A stretch of DNA of 64,000 nt from Pseudotamlana carrageenivorans (GCF_002893765.1 NZ_CP025938.1:1822673-1886672), one strand, 5' to 3'. Numbered from the stretch's first letter, positions 9,303 to 19,218 are shown. Numbers and translations are program-made. The notes: generated by a model from the sequence alone, not told the origin.

Positions 9303-10897
9303 GCTTGGGGATATGAGAACCTCGGTCTGTTTCTTCTTGTAGGAATAAGGAGCTTTGATCTAGATTATTCTTCAGTATGTTGGTTATCCTGTTGTAGCTT
9401 ACAGCATCAGCCTGTATGGCTCTTTTGCAAGCATTATCTAACCTTTGGGAGCCATAAGACTTATGGAGTTGTATAACGCCCATAGCTCTTTTATACCCTG
9501 TTTCAGGATAATCCAACGCAGCAATAATCCGCTCGACACATGCTGCAACATAACTACCATGGACAACTGCCTTGTTCTTAAAGTATTGCGGACTCCACTG
9601 GCTGTATTGTTTATGAGAACTACTAAGGTGATCCTTGTTGGTTATGTATGCGCCTTTGGAACCGCTACGTTGGTGTATAGCTATGCGCTGTTGATTATAA
9701 TACACCTCTACCATGCCTTTGGTATAGTGTAGCGTGGTTTCCTTGCCAATGTAACGATATGGAACGCTGTAGTAAGTCTTATCTGGTGAAAAATAGATAT
9801 AGCCTATTTTCTGAACCTTAGCTCTTCTATATTCTTTTATCTCGTAGCGTGTACTGCTTAAGGGTTTTAGATACTCTCGTTCGACGCTTTGGAAGAGCTC
9901 CAGACGACTAGCTTCTTTGCGTTGGAATAATAGGTTGTTGTAGCGCTCTAGTAGAAGTTTTATCTCTTTGTTTAGATCTGCTAAAGAAAAAAAGGTCATT
10001 TCCCGAAGGGGATAATAAATCCGTTGATAAGCTAGATGCACCGCGTTTTCCACCAGCGCTTTATCTTGAGGGGAGTAACTACGCGTTGGATTGACCACGC
10101 AGTTGTAATGGCGGGCAAAGTCTTTAAAACTACGGTTAACCTGAGCTTCGTATCTACTAGATCTGGTAACGACTGATTTTAGATTGTCTGATACGATGGC
10201 CTTGGGTACTCCCCCCGTAGAAATGAAGGGCGTTTTCGCAACAACTTATAAAATCTTCACGCTTTTGGCTCATACAAGCCTCAACATAGGTATACTGACT
10301 GTTAGGGAGCATGGCAACAAAGACCTCTACTGGAAGTATCTCGCCTGTGATTTTGTCTACTATCTGAAGTTTTTTTCCAGCAAAGTCCACGAACATCTCT
10401 TTCCCTGCCTCGTGTTCAAGTTTCATAGATCCCTTGATCTTGGCATATTTACGATGGTAATGCTCCATGAATTGAGTGTAACTATAAGGGTCTTTAACCT
10501 TTTGACTATATTCTGTGTAGTGGTACAAAAAAGTAAATCCTGGGTGGTTCCGAGCCTTATTAATACTTTCAAAATAAAGCATCAATTCATCATAGCGTTT
10601 GTTATTTATGGTTGTATGAGATGTAAAGAGCTTTTCTAGGGTGTGGTTGTCTAGCTTTAATAACTCCTTAAAACTATAACCACTACCTTTAAATAGGTGT
10701 ATATAGCTATTTATAGTGTTGCGGCAAATGCCAAGTGTGGCTCCAATTTGACGGTTACTATAACCATCTTGTTTTAAGTTGATAATTTGTTTTAGGTCCT
10801 TTGGATCAAGTGTGTTGGCCATATCGCTTTTTAGAGCAATAAGGTAATTACTTGATCTCTTAAAGTGGCACAAATCGAAACGGAAACATTGGCACAA
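9268..10897 (-). pseudogene. istA: IS21-family transposase IstA, frameshifted in a C6/G6 homopolymer at 10211-10216
   Basis: Listed ORFs 10157..10897 (HTH; …HFYGG) and 9268..10098 (…NPTRSYSPQDKALVENAVH…) join in one frame as HFYGG-VPKAIVSDNLKSVV…VVNPTR if one G is removed. The likely true start is the Met at 10822. Confidence 0.8.
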
Positions 10898-11008
10898 ATC
10901 AAACCGTTTTTAGCTAACTCAATTTCCGTGTGGCACAATTTAAACCGAAATCAACGGCACAGTAACTCCGAAATCACTGGCACAAATCGAACCGTGTTAG
11001 CCAATACC

Positions 11009-12119
11009 TCCGTATTCAAGAACTTAACGCAACAAATCTAAATTAATAGATTTGTAATTATGGTACGAAAAAAACAGGTAGACTTACCCTTAAAGAAAGA
11101 ATAAAGAATACAGATTGAGACTCTTTTAACTGAAAAAAAGAATAAATCATACATCGCTATAACCATTAACAGAGCTCGATCTACGGTTACAAGAGAAGTT
11201 AATAAATGGGTGCAAACAGATAGAGATAAATACTCAGCAGAACTAGCTCATTGGTGCGCCAAAGATGATTACCTAAACAAAAGAAATATTGATAAAATAT
11301 CTAAGTACCCTAGACTTCGAATTTATGTCTATAGGGGCTTATTATCACAATGGACTCCTGAACAAATTGCTGGAAGACTAAAAGAAGAATTCCCAAATGA
11401 TCCTATAATGTCTATTTCTCACGAATCAATTTATAGGTACATATATGCAAAGCCTCAAGCTAGTTTAAATAAAAAACTAATTAAACTCCTCGTACGCAAA
11501 AAAACAAGACGTAGACCCTCTAAAAAAAGACGCAGAACAGGATCTAAAATATTAAACCAAGTCAGTATAGACCTAAGGCCCGAGCATATTAACCTAAGAA
11601 ATGAAATCGGACACTGGAAAGGAGATTTAATGATTGGGAAGGATCAAAAATCGGCTATTGGAACTATCGTAGAACGCAAATCTAGATATACATTAATTAT
11701 CAAACTAAAAGCCAGGAACTCTAAGGAAATTGCTAAAATGTTTTCTAAAGAACTTAACAAACTAGATCCCATATTCAAAAAATCTATGACCTACGATAAT
11801 GGAATTGAAATGGCAAGACACGAAACAATTACCAAGAAAACAGGTATGAAAATTTACTTTGCACACCCCTATTCTTCTTGGGAAAGAGGTACCAATGAAA
11901 ACACTAACGGACTCATCAGAAGGTACCTCCCAAAAGGAACAGATTTTAACAAAATTGACTTAAATACATTCATCGAAATTCAAGAAAAATTAAACAATAG
12001 ACCTCGTAAAATTATTGGATTTAAAACCCCTAATGAAGTTATGATAAAAGAACTAAAAATTGTAGCTTAGACTCATACAAAAAAAAGCAACGTTTGTTGC
12101 GTTAGAACCTTGAATGCAG
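11009..12119 (+). mobile_element. IS30-family element; boundaries approximate
   Basis: Roughly 25-bp inverted repeats gtattcaagaacttaacgcaacaaa (11009-) and its reverse complement (-12119) bracket the IS30 transposase gene. Confidence 0.65.
11060..12070 (+). pseudogene. IS30-family transposase with N-terminal frameshifts at two A7 tracts
   Basis: Listed ORF 11210..12070 has the DDE region with HWKGDLMIG. The upstream HTH is present in two other frames (RLTLKERIKN / IETLLTEKKNKSYIAITINRARSTVTREVNKW), broken at aaaaaaa runs near 11069 and 11140. Confidence 0.7.
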
Positions 12120-12351
12120 CACCAAAGAAGATTCTCCTTGCTGTAAGCATCCTTAAAGAGCATTAATCCAAAGCTTCTCCCCCAATATGTTGTATCCATT
12201 AAGACAATAACTTTCTTAGGTGTTATCTCTACGTCCTTTACTTGATGAAGATCTAGTTTACGTTGTATAATTCGCTTTGAACATCCATATTTCTGAGAAA
12301 GCTGTAAATAGGTCTGCTTTCCTCTGGTATATTCATCCCAAAGAGAGTCTA
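12120..12351 (-). pseudogene. IS1-family-like transposase, N-terminal/middle fragment (between the IS30 and IS256 insertions)
   Basis: Reverse strand reads …SLWDEYTRGKQTYLQLSQKYGCSKRIIQRKLDLHQVKDVEITPKKVIVLMDTTYWGRSFGLMLFKDAYSKENLLW, in frame with the far side of IS256 copy 1. Confidence 0.45.
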
Positions 12352-13705
12352 GAGTTTATCCAAAATTTTGTGTTTTTGAAAAATAATTTCAAAATTCATA
12401 GGTTAAAATAATATAGATTATAACCTGTTTGGAAAACAAATATACAATTGATTGTAAATTTGGCCCCATTTAAATCGTGTTTTCTTCCATTTTTTGCTGA
12501 TGCTTTGAGCTGCTAAATATATGGATTTCAGTGCTGCATCATCATGAGGGAAGACTTTTTTGTTGCGTGTATATTTTCTTAAACTGGCATTAAAACTCTC
12601 AATGATATTGGTAGTATATATAAGTTTTCTAATCTCTTTTGGGTAGTTTAAAAACGCGGTCAAATTATCCCAATTGTTTTCCCAAGACTGTACGGCAGAG
12701 AGGTATTTATCTTCCCAATTTTGTTTAAAGACTTCGAAAGCCTCTAAAGCGAATTTCTCATTATCGGCTTGATAAATAGCTTTAATATCGACCATTATTG
12801 ATTTACGGTCCTTATAGCTCACATATTTTAAAGAGTTTCTAATTTGATGTACGATACATATTTGACGTATACTACCTGGAAAAATAGCTTCTACAGCTTT
12901 ATCTAATCCAGAGAGGTTATCCGAACACAGAAAGAAGATATCTTTTACGCCTCTAGAGCGCAGATCGTCTAAAATGGACATCCAAGCAGCTGCCTTTTCT
13001 GTCTCCACAATACTCATGCTCAAAATATCTTGTTGCCCTTCGGTATTCACCCCTAAAACTATCATACAGGCTTTAGATATTACCTTGCCTTCTTGACGTA
13101 TTTTATAATGAATAGCATCTATCCAGACAATGGGATATACGTCTTCTAAAGGTCTATTCTGCCATTGTTTGATGTCTTCCAATAATTGATTGGTGATAAT
13201 GGATACCTGTGATGTGGAATACTGCACTCCATAGGTACTTTCAATAAAATCAATAATATCGCTATTGCTCATACCTTTGGCGTAAAGCAGTTGAATACAA
13301 TCTTCTAATTCTTGACTAATCGATTGATGTTTGGGGACAATAACAGGCTCAAAGCTCGCTTGACGATCTCTGGGGATTTTGATGCGTTGTTCGCCGTTAT
13401 GAGTCTTGATAGTTTTCTCTGAGAAACCATTGCGCTGGTTGTTCTCAATTACAGAACCTCCTTTTTGAAACCCTAAGTGGGCAGTCATTTCTGCTTTTAA
13501 AAGTGATTCAATACCACGTTTAAGCAACTGTTCCTTGACCTGGTCAAAGTCCTCCTTGTTGCTGATTTTGCCGATCAAGGCGTCTAATTGTTTTTCTAAG
13601 TCTGAGTTCATAAAATAAAAATTTAAAAGTAAATTTTTTGCCTATGAATTTCAAAATCATTTTTAAACTAACTAACAGCAAAAACACAAAATAGTTTACA
13701 GTCCC
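12352..13705 (-). mobile_element. IS256-family element copy 1 (1354 bp); 8-bp target-site duplication AGAGTCTA (12344-12351 and 13706-13713)
   Basis: Imperfect terminal inverted repeats gagtttatccaaaattttgtgtttttg and caaaaacacaaaatagtttacagtccc; perfect flanking direct repeats; identical to copy 2 at 33463..34816. Confidence 0.85.
12418..13611 (-). CDS. IS256-family (mutator-type) transposase
   Basis: 397 aa with the D…D…E and CxxH signature (…FPGSIRQICIVHQIRNSLKYV…TTNIIESFNASLRKYTRNKKVFPHDDA). Confidence 0.9.
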   Translation of the reverse strand: MNSDLEKQLDALIGKISNKEDFDQVKEQLLKRGIESLLKAEMTAHLGFQKGGSVIENNQRNGFSEKTIKTHNGEQRIKIPRDRQASFEPVIVPKHQSISQELEDCIQLLYAKGMSNSDIIDFIESTYGVQYSTSQVSIITNQLLEDIKQWQNRPLEDVYPIVWIDAIHYKIRQEGKVISKACMIVLGVNTEGQQDILSMSIVETEKAAAWMSILDDLRSRGVKDIFFLCSDNLSGLDKAVEAIFPGSIRQICIVHQIRNSLKYVSYKDRKSIMVDIKAIYQADNEKFALEAFEVFKQNWEDKYLSAVQSWENNWDNLTAFLNYPKEIRKLIYTTNIIESFNASLRKYTRNKKVFPHDDAALKSIYLAAQSISKKWKKTRFKWGQIYNQLYICFPNRL

Positions 13706-13918
13706 AGAGTCTACTTGAATTTCTTTTCCTCCAGTAAAAACACTTTTACAATTCAAACATTTATAACGCTGTTTTTCTAATCTAACACCATATTTATGGG
13801 TTAGTAAGCTATTACAAAATTTACATTTTTTTTATTCAAAGCCTTTGATTTGCTTCAAAGCTAATAAACATAAGCTCTTCGAAAGGATTTACCAACCATT
13901 TTGTCCATTACATCAAAA

Positions 13919-14065
13919 ATGAAAATTCTTAAAATCACCTTATTAGTAGCAGCCATTATTACTTTGTTTACTTCATGTACTAAAGAAGATTTGCATGAAG
14001 ACGACAAACTCGTCGAGGAACTAACAACGACCTTAATTACAGGTGGAAATGTAGTTGAGCGTTAA
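13919..14065 (+). CDS. Small acidic lipopeptide precursor (48 aa), paralogue 2; its start codon lies inside the target-site duplication of the composite IS
   Basis: MKILKITLLVAAIITLFTSC|TKEDLHEDDKLVEELTTTLITGGNVVER. Confidence 0.55.
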   Translation: MKILKITLLVAAIITLFTSCTKEDLHEDDKLVEELTTTLITGGNVVER

Positions 14066-14115
14066 AAAAAAGATTACAAATATAATATCTAATGACAATT
14101 AATAAAAACGTAAAA

Positions 14116-14262
14116 ATGAAAATTCTTAAAATTACCTTATTAATTGCAGTCTTTATAACAATTTTTGCTTCGTGTACAGAGCAAGACCTACAAGAAGATG
14201 ACATGCTTACTGATGAACCAACAACGACGTTAATCACAGGCGGAAATGTAGTTGAGCGCTAA
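14116..14262 (+). CDS. Small acidic lipopeptide precursor (48 aa), paralogue 3
   Basis: MKILKITLLIAVFITIFASC|TEQDLQEDDMLTDEPTTTLITGGNVVER; a 50-bp spacer separates it from paralogue 2, like the spacer between copy 1 and the interrupted copy. Confidence 0.55.
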   Translation: MKILKITLLIAVFITIFASCTEQDLQEDDMLTDEPTTTLITGGNVVER

Positions 14263-14368
14263 TTAGGTATTTGTAAATTTAGATGGCTTTTTATATAGGT
14301 TTGATCATCGGTTTTAGATAAATTGAAAAATTATAGATACATTTGAAGGTGTTTACCCCCTGATACTT

Positions 14369-16393
14369 TTGAAACGCTTTATTTTCTTTTTATTCTCGAT
14401 AGTCTTGTGTGTTAATCTTTCTTTTACTCAGAATTATAGTAAAGAAAAGTTTGACAGGGTACTCTATTATTTAAGTGAGTCGAGTAATCCAGAGCATAAT
14501 TTAGAGGAAAAAAAGGAACTTGTTTTAAAAGCTAAGGATTTAGCGTTTGATATGAATAGCTATTCCCTATTGTTGCAGTGTAACCAAAAACTTTTAGAAT
14601 TAGATAAGGAAATGGGACATAGTGGTTCCTTTCTAAAATTGAGTCATGAAAACTTACAACTAGCAGAAAAGTTTAAAGATACGACTACCATAGCTCAAAT
14701 AAATAAAAACTTAGGCTATTATTATTTTGATAAACAGGTCGATAGTGCACATTTTTATAACCATCGCGCGGAGAAATTGTTTAAACAATTAAATGATCAT
14801 TATAATACGGCTGCAGTATTATTAGATATCGCTTTGCTTCAACGTGGTGCCAAGGATTATACAGGTAGTGAACTGACGTCAATTGAAGGCATCATGCTTT
14901 TAAACAAAATAAAAAAACCGACAAAAGAGGTTATTCAAAAAAAGGCATTTTTCTATAATAATTTAGGGGTGGTTTTTAATGGTTTAGAGCAATATGATAA
15001 ATCTATTGAATATCAAAATAAGTCTATAGAACTCAAGTTAAGGTTAAAAGGAAATAATAAGGCGGCTATAGATTTTTCAAAAAACAACTTAGGAAACGTA
15101 TTAAAAAATGCCGGACAATATGAGTTAGCATTAAAGACTTTAGGGGAAGTTCTTGAAGATGAAACTTTAGAAAATGAATCACCCGAATTTTACGCCATCG
15201 TCCTCGACAACTATGCACACACTTTATATTTGTCGAATGATAGAGACGCCTTGCCAGGTTTATATCATAAAGCCTTGAAAGCAAGCAAAGCTGCCGGTAT
15301 AGATGGTTATAATTCTATAATCATTTTTCAACATTTAGCCGAATATTCTAATGATTTGGGATTGAAGGATTCCGCTAAATATTATGGTTATGAAGCCAAG
15401 CGTATTGCAGAAAAATATTATAATGACGCCCTCTTGAAATCATTATTATTACTTTCAAAAATTGAGGAAGGCGAGGTTGCTGCCAACCATTTAAGAAATT
15501 ATGTGCGACTTAATGATAGCCTTCAGAAAAGTGAACGGGCTATTAGAAATAAGTTTACTAGAATTAAGTTTGAAACTAATGAGATAGAAGAGGAGAATAT
15601 TAGAATAGCACGCGAGCGCATGTGGTTGTTAGTTATTTCAATTGTAGTTATTGTGGCTTCTATTTTATTATACATCATATTTACACAGCGCAATAAAAAT
15701 AAGAAGTTAGAGTTTATTCAACAACAACAACAAACCAACGAAGAAATTTATAATCTTTTACTTGCTCAAAATGAAGTTGTTGAGGATGCTCGAGCTTTAG
15801 AAAAGAAACGTATTTCGGAAGAGTTACATGATGGTGTGCTAGGGAAACTTTTTGGTGCTCGTTTAAGTTTGGATAGCTTAAATACCAATACGAGTCCCGA
15901 GGCCATGAAAACAAGAAGCCAGTATATTGCTGAGCTTAAAATGATAGAAGAAGACATTAGAAAAGTCTCACATGAGTTAAATGCCGATTTTGTTTCGGGT
16001 TCTGGTTTTAGAGGTATTATTAAAACCTTAGTGGAGACCCAAACTGTAGCTTACGGACTTGAATATAAATTAGAATGGCAGTCTACTATCGATTGGGATG
16101 AGGTTTCAAATAAAATAAAAATTCATTTTTATAGAATTATTCAAGAGGCGCTCCACAATATTTATAAACATGCTAATGCAAGTAAAGTGAATCTTGTTTT
16201 TAAATTGGAAAATAATGCCGTTTGTTTAAGTATTATTGATGACGGTGTTGGATTTGATGTGAGCAGAACAAAATCTGGCATTGGCCTTAAAAACATGACC
16301 TCAAGAATAAAGGAAATACAAGGAAAAATAGACATAATTTCTAAAAAAATAGAAGGAGGAACCACGGTAAATATAGATGTCCCCATATCTTAA
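14369..16393 (+). CDS. Sensor histidine kinase with an extracytoplasmic TPR-repeat domain (HisKA_3 + HATPase_c; NarL/LuxR-type partner)
   Basis: Signal peptide, about 400 aa of TPR-like repeats, TM helix MWLLVISIVVIVASILLYIIF, H-box EELHDGVLGKL and G-boxes GIGLKNM…GGTT. Confidence 0.8.
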   Translation: MKRFIFFLFSIVLCVNLSFTQNYSKEKFDRVLYYLSESSNPEHNLEEKKELVLKAKDLAFDMNSYSLLLQCNQKLLELDKEMGHSGSFLKLSHENLQLAEKFKDTTTIAQINKNLGYYYFDKQVDSAHFYNHRAEKLFKQLNDHYNTAAVLLDIALLQRGAKDYTGSELTSIEGIMLLNKIKKPTKEVIQKKAFFYNNLGVVFNGLEQYDKSIEYQNKSIELKLRLKGNNKAAIDFSKNNLGNVLKNAGQYELALKTLGEVLEDETLENESPEFYAIVLDNYAHTLYLSNDRDALPGLYHKALKASKAAGIDGYNSIIIFQHLAEYSNDLGLKDSAKYYGYEAKRIAEKYYNDALLKSLLLLSKIEEGEVAANHLRNYVRLNDSLQKSERAIRNKFTRIKFETNEIEEENIRIARERMWLLVISIVVIVASILLYIIFTQRNKNKKLEFIQQQQQTNEEIYNLLLAQNEVVEDARALEKKRISEELHDGVLGKLFGARLSLDSLNTNTSPEAMKTRSQYIAELKMIEEDIRKVSHELNADFVSGSGFRGIIKTLVETQTVAYGLEYKLEWQSTIDWDEVSNKIKIHFYRIIQEALHNIYKHANASKVNLVFKLENNAVCLSIIDDGVGFDVSRTKSGIGLKNMTSRIKEIQGKIDIISKKIEGGTTVNIDVPIS

Positions 16394-16402
16394 CCCTTAA
16401 AT

Positions 16403-17077
16403 ATGACTGAAACTATTAAAATACTTATGATTGATGATCACCCCATGATTATTGAGGGGTATCAAAACACGTTGCTGTATACCAAACGCGACAATCAAGA
16501 ACTAGAAATTGAAATCGCTCATAACTGCGATGAAGCGCTTAGGGCCATAAACAAGGCTGTAAAAACAGACAGGTCCTTTGATGTGTTATTCGTAGATATC
16601 AGTTTGCCAGCGTCAACTGATGGAAGTATGAATTCTGGCGAAGATTTAGCCGAATTTGCTAGAAAGGTATTGCCCCAATCCAAAATAATCATTTTAACTA
16701 TGTTTAATGAGTCGTTTAGAATTCATAACATTATTAAAACGATAAATCCGGAAGGCTTGTTAATTAAAAGTGATTTAACATCTAACGAATTAGCCAACGC
16801 TTTTCAAACGGTTATGGATAATGTGCCTTTTTATAGTGCTACAGTAAATCAATTAATACGCAGAACCATTAGCAGTGATATTGTGATTGACGATAAGAAT
16901 CGAAAAATACTCCACTTACTTTCACAAGGTGTTAAAACTAAAAATTTAGCCGCGCATTTAGATATTTCTTTAAGTGCTATAGAAAAGCGCAAAAAGCAAC
17001 TTCGTGATCTTTTTGAAGTTGAAGATGGACAGGATGAGACCCTTCTAAATCAAGCACGTAAAAAAGGATTTGTATAA
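16403..17077 (+). CDS. Response regulator (REC domain + LuxR-type HTH)
   Basis: IKILMIDDHPMI…FDVLFVDISLP receiver acidic pocket; C-terminal HTH …NRKILHLLSQGVKTKNLAAHLDISLSAIEKRKKQL. Confidence 0.75.
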   Translation: MTETIKILMIDDHPMIIEGYQNTLLYTKRDNQELEIEIAHNCDEALRAINKAVKTDRSFDVLFVDISLPASTDGSMNSGEDLAEFARKVLPQSKIIILTMFNESFRIHNIIKTINPEGLLIKSDLTSNELANAFQTVMDNVPFYSATVNQLIRRTISSDIVIDDKNRKILHLLSQGVKTKNLAAHLDISLSAIEKRKKQLRDLFEVEDGQDETLLNQARKKGFV

Positions 17078-17298
17078 AAAGTACCGTTAAAAATAAAAAT
17101 TATTACTTTTTTAGACATTATTTGTTTATTTTTAACATGTTAAAAAGCTGAAAATCAACTACTTGATCTGTTTCCGTAAGTTTGATGCGGGTTTTCCGCA
17201 GTTAGAAAAGAATCATGTTATATATCTTTGTGGTATCAACAATTCAAAAATTAATTAATCCCTCAATTTTTTAGTTGATAATAGCAATTTACATAACC

Positions 17299-17340
17299 CT
17301 GTGGAGGTGAGAGACCCACAGGGTTCTTCTTTTTTAAAAG
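17299..17340 (+). terminator. Rho-independent terminator-like hairpin
   Basis: ccctgtggAGGTGAGAGAcccacaggg followed by ttcttctttttt. Confidence 0.4.
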
Positions 17341-17615
17341 TTTCCTTTTTTATAGATTACGCTTCTTTTAAAGAAATTGTGAAGTTTTAAAACCTTAGTT
17401 TTAATTAAGGTCATGATGTTTTGCGTCTCCGCAACTTTAGGTGCCTATTCTATGACACCTTTTTTTGCTTGATGACGTTGTTGCTTTGAAACTTTGTATC
17501 TCTACCGTTTTTTAAGTCCGTATTTCTATATCACAAGGCTCAGTGTATTAGGTTTTTCCCTTTTTGTCAACATAAAATCTAAAAATATTGTACTTTTCGG
17601 TTTCAGTTGTAATCC

Positions 17616-18092
17616 ATGAAACACGCTATTGTTTTTTTATTGGTTTTAATGCTTTCGTCTTGCGAGTATTTTAAAGTAAAAAAAACATCTTCAGAAGCCA
17701 TTTTAAATGAAGAGTTGAAGACTTTTAATTGGAATGATGTTGATGAATACCCTAATTTTACAGTTTGTGATGAATCGGCAAGTAAAGCTGCGCGACAAAC
17801 ATGTTTTCAAAACACGTTAACCCATCATATCACCAATTTTTTGCAAGATGAAGGGATTGTGGTTTCTCGAGATATTAATGATACCATTTTATTGGAATTT
17901 CAAGTGTCTAAAACAGGTGATTTATCTTTAATTAATGCCAGTGTTGATAGCTTAACCATCGATGAAATCCCAAATATTGATGATTTACTAAATCAGAGTC
18001 TAACCGGTTTGCCTAGAATTTTTCCAGCCATTAAACGTGGTCAGCAAGTCACTACAGAATTTAAGCTGCCTTTAATAATACGTGTTAATTAG
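17616..18092 (+). CDS. Lipoprotein with a TonB-C-terminal-like domain
   Basis: Signal plus Cys (LSSC), and a C-terminal pattern …ILLEFQVSKTGDLSLINA…LPRIFPAIKRGQQVTTEFKLPLIIRV resembling the TonB_C fold. Confidence 0.4.
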   Translation: MKHAIVFLLVLMLSSCEYFKVKKTSSEAILNEELKTFNWNDVDEYPNFTVCDESASKAARQTCFQNTLTHHITNFLQDEGIVVSRDINDTILLEFQVSKTGDLSLINASVDSLTIDEIPNIDDLLNQSLTGLPRIFPAIKRGQQVTTEFKLPLIIRVN

Positions 18093-18093
18093 C

Positions 18094-19218
18094 CTAGCGC
18101 TTAAAAGTTCTGCCTTTCCAGTTGTAGTTTGAAAATAAGGCCATAAATGCCACGTAAACATTAAAAAAAGGATAAAGGAAGGCGCTTACCACGAAATTTT
18201 TTAAAATAGAAGTCTGTTTAAAAAAACGAGCCGTTTTATAGAGCAGGTAAAAGTCGGTCCCGCACTTTAGTACAAAGGTTATGCTGAGGTTTTTAAATGA
18301 AAATAGACCAAACAAACTAAGTATTAGTCCAATAACGAGGAGTAGGTTTGTAGCGAATACAAGAACACCAGTAAGTTTTCCAAAACCATTTTTATAGGCT
18401 GTGGTTTTTGCAGCCCAACGCACCCGTTGTGAAATGAGTTGCTTCCAGTTTTCTTGGGCATTTGTTTTAATAATGGCCGTTTGGCATTTCAAATAGTTAA
18501 CCCGATTTGCTTGCTTATCAAGGGCTTTTTCTAACAAAAACAAATCGTCGCCACTAGCAATATTCGTGTTGCCTTCAAAGCCAGAAACTTCTGTGAATAA
18601 TGATTTTTTATAAGCAAAATTAGCACCATTACACAAAAAAGGCGTCTTTAGGCCAAACCCTCCAATCGTAGCACCTTGTAAACTCAAAATATCAAGACAT
18701 TGAAAACGGTTTAAAAATGAACTTTTCACATGGTAAGTTACAGGGCCAGCAATGCAATAAGCACCGGTTTTTTGAATAAAAGCATCAAAGCTGTCTAACC
18801 AAAATTCTGGCAAAATACAATCGGCATCGGTGGTAATTATCCAGTCGTGATTTGACTTACTGATAGCAGAAGTTATCGCATCCTTTTTTGGGGAATTTGA
18901 GTTTCTTTCATTGGGTATTATTTTTAGATCAATGCGCTGGTCTTTAGTTAAATTATGTATCAGCTTAACGGAGTCGTCTTCCGAGGCATCGTCAACTAAA
19001 ATGACTTCAAATAAGGTTTTAGGGTAGTTAAGATTGAAAATCGATGCTAATAATTGAGGCAGGTTTTTAGCTTCATTACGGAAAGGAATCACTACAGAAA
19101 ACTTGGTTGCCGGTTTTTTTATTGTACCATTAAAAATTTTAATCTGACTGCAACCGTACGCTAAACTACCAATTAGGATAACATAAAGGATGAGAATGGC
19201 TGTGTATAAAAACATCAT
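18094..19218 (-). CDS. Glycosyltransferase family 2, membrane-associated
   Basis: N-terminal VVIPFRNEAKNLPQLL…VILVDDASED GT2 signature, QxxRW-like QRVRWAAK, and C-terminal TM helices. Confidence 0.7.
   Translation of the reverse strand: MMFLYTAILILYVILIGSLAYGCSQIKIFNGTIKKPATKFSVVIPFRNEAKNLPQLLASIFNLNYPKTLFEVILVDDASEDDSVKLIHNLTKDQRIDLKIIPNERNSNSPKKDAITSAISKSNHDWIITTDADCILPEFWLDSFDAFIQKTGAYCIAGPVTYHVKSSFLNRFQCLDILSLQGATIGGFGLKTPFLCNGANFAYKKSLFTEVSGFEGNTNIASGDDLFLLEKALDKQANRVNYLKCQTAIIKTNAQENWKQLISQRVRWAAKTTAYKNGFGKLTGVLVFATNLLLVIGLILSLFGLFSFKNLSITFVLKCGTDFYLLYKTARFFKQTSILKNFVVSAFLYPFFNVYVAFMALFSNYNWKGRTFKR

Larger units (their letters stand above)
8405..11008 (-). mobile_element. IS21-family element (istA-istB); boundaries approximate
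   Basis: Both ends share …gtgccactttaagagatca (8445-8468 and 10856-10880), and the end next to istA carries five direct repeats of gatttgtgcca-type IstA-binding motifs (10880-11005). Confidence 0.7.
7796..13914 (-). mobile_element. Composite IS1-family-like element (about 1.06 kb of its own sequence) carrying nested IS21, IS30 and IS256; 8-bp target-site duplication AAAAATGA (7788-7795 and 13915-13922)
   Basis: Terminal inverted repeats ggcctaatagACAAAATGGTTGGTc (7796-) and its reverse complement gACCAACCATTTTGTCcattacatc (-13914). The transposase reconstructs across the nested insertions as an InsA-like CKFC…CLNC zinc finger plus HTH N-terminus, then DTTYWG, then a DDE C-terminus. Confidence 0.45.

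Noticed and set aside
10184-10639. 151-aa + strand ORF inside IS21 (also 9282..9476, 9445..9732 and 8068..8253)
   Set aside because: They are antisense to istA, istB or the IS1-like fragment, with no start context or motif. They are typical shadow ORFs.
13544-13756. 70-aa and 66-aa ORFs overlapping the ends of both IS256 copies (also 34655..34855)
   Set aside because: They run off the end of the transposase gene into the inverted repeat and flank. They are identical only because the IS is duplicated, and they are not independent genes.
14037-14237. 66-aa ORF on the minus strand spanning lipopeptide paralogues 2 and 3
   Set aside because: It is antisense to two small genes whose sense-strand products are conserved in triplicate with mostly synonymous divergence. 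The antisense ORF has no conserved features.
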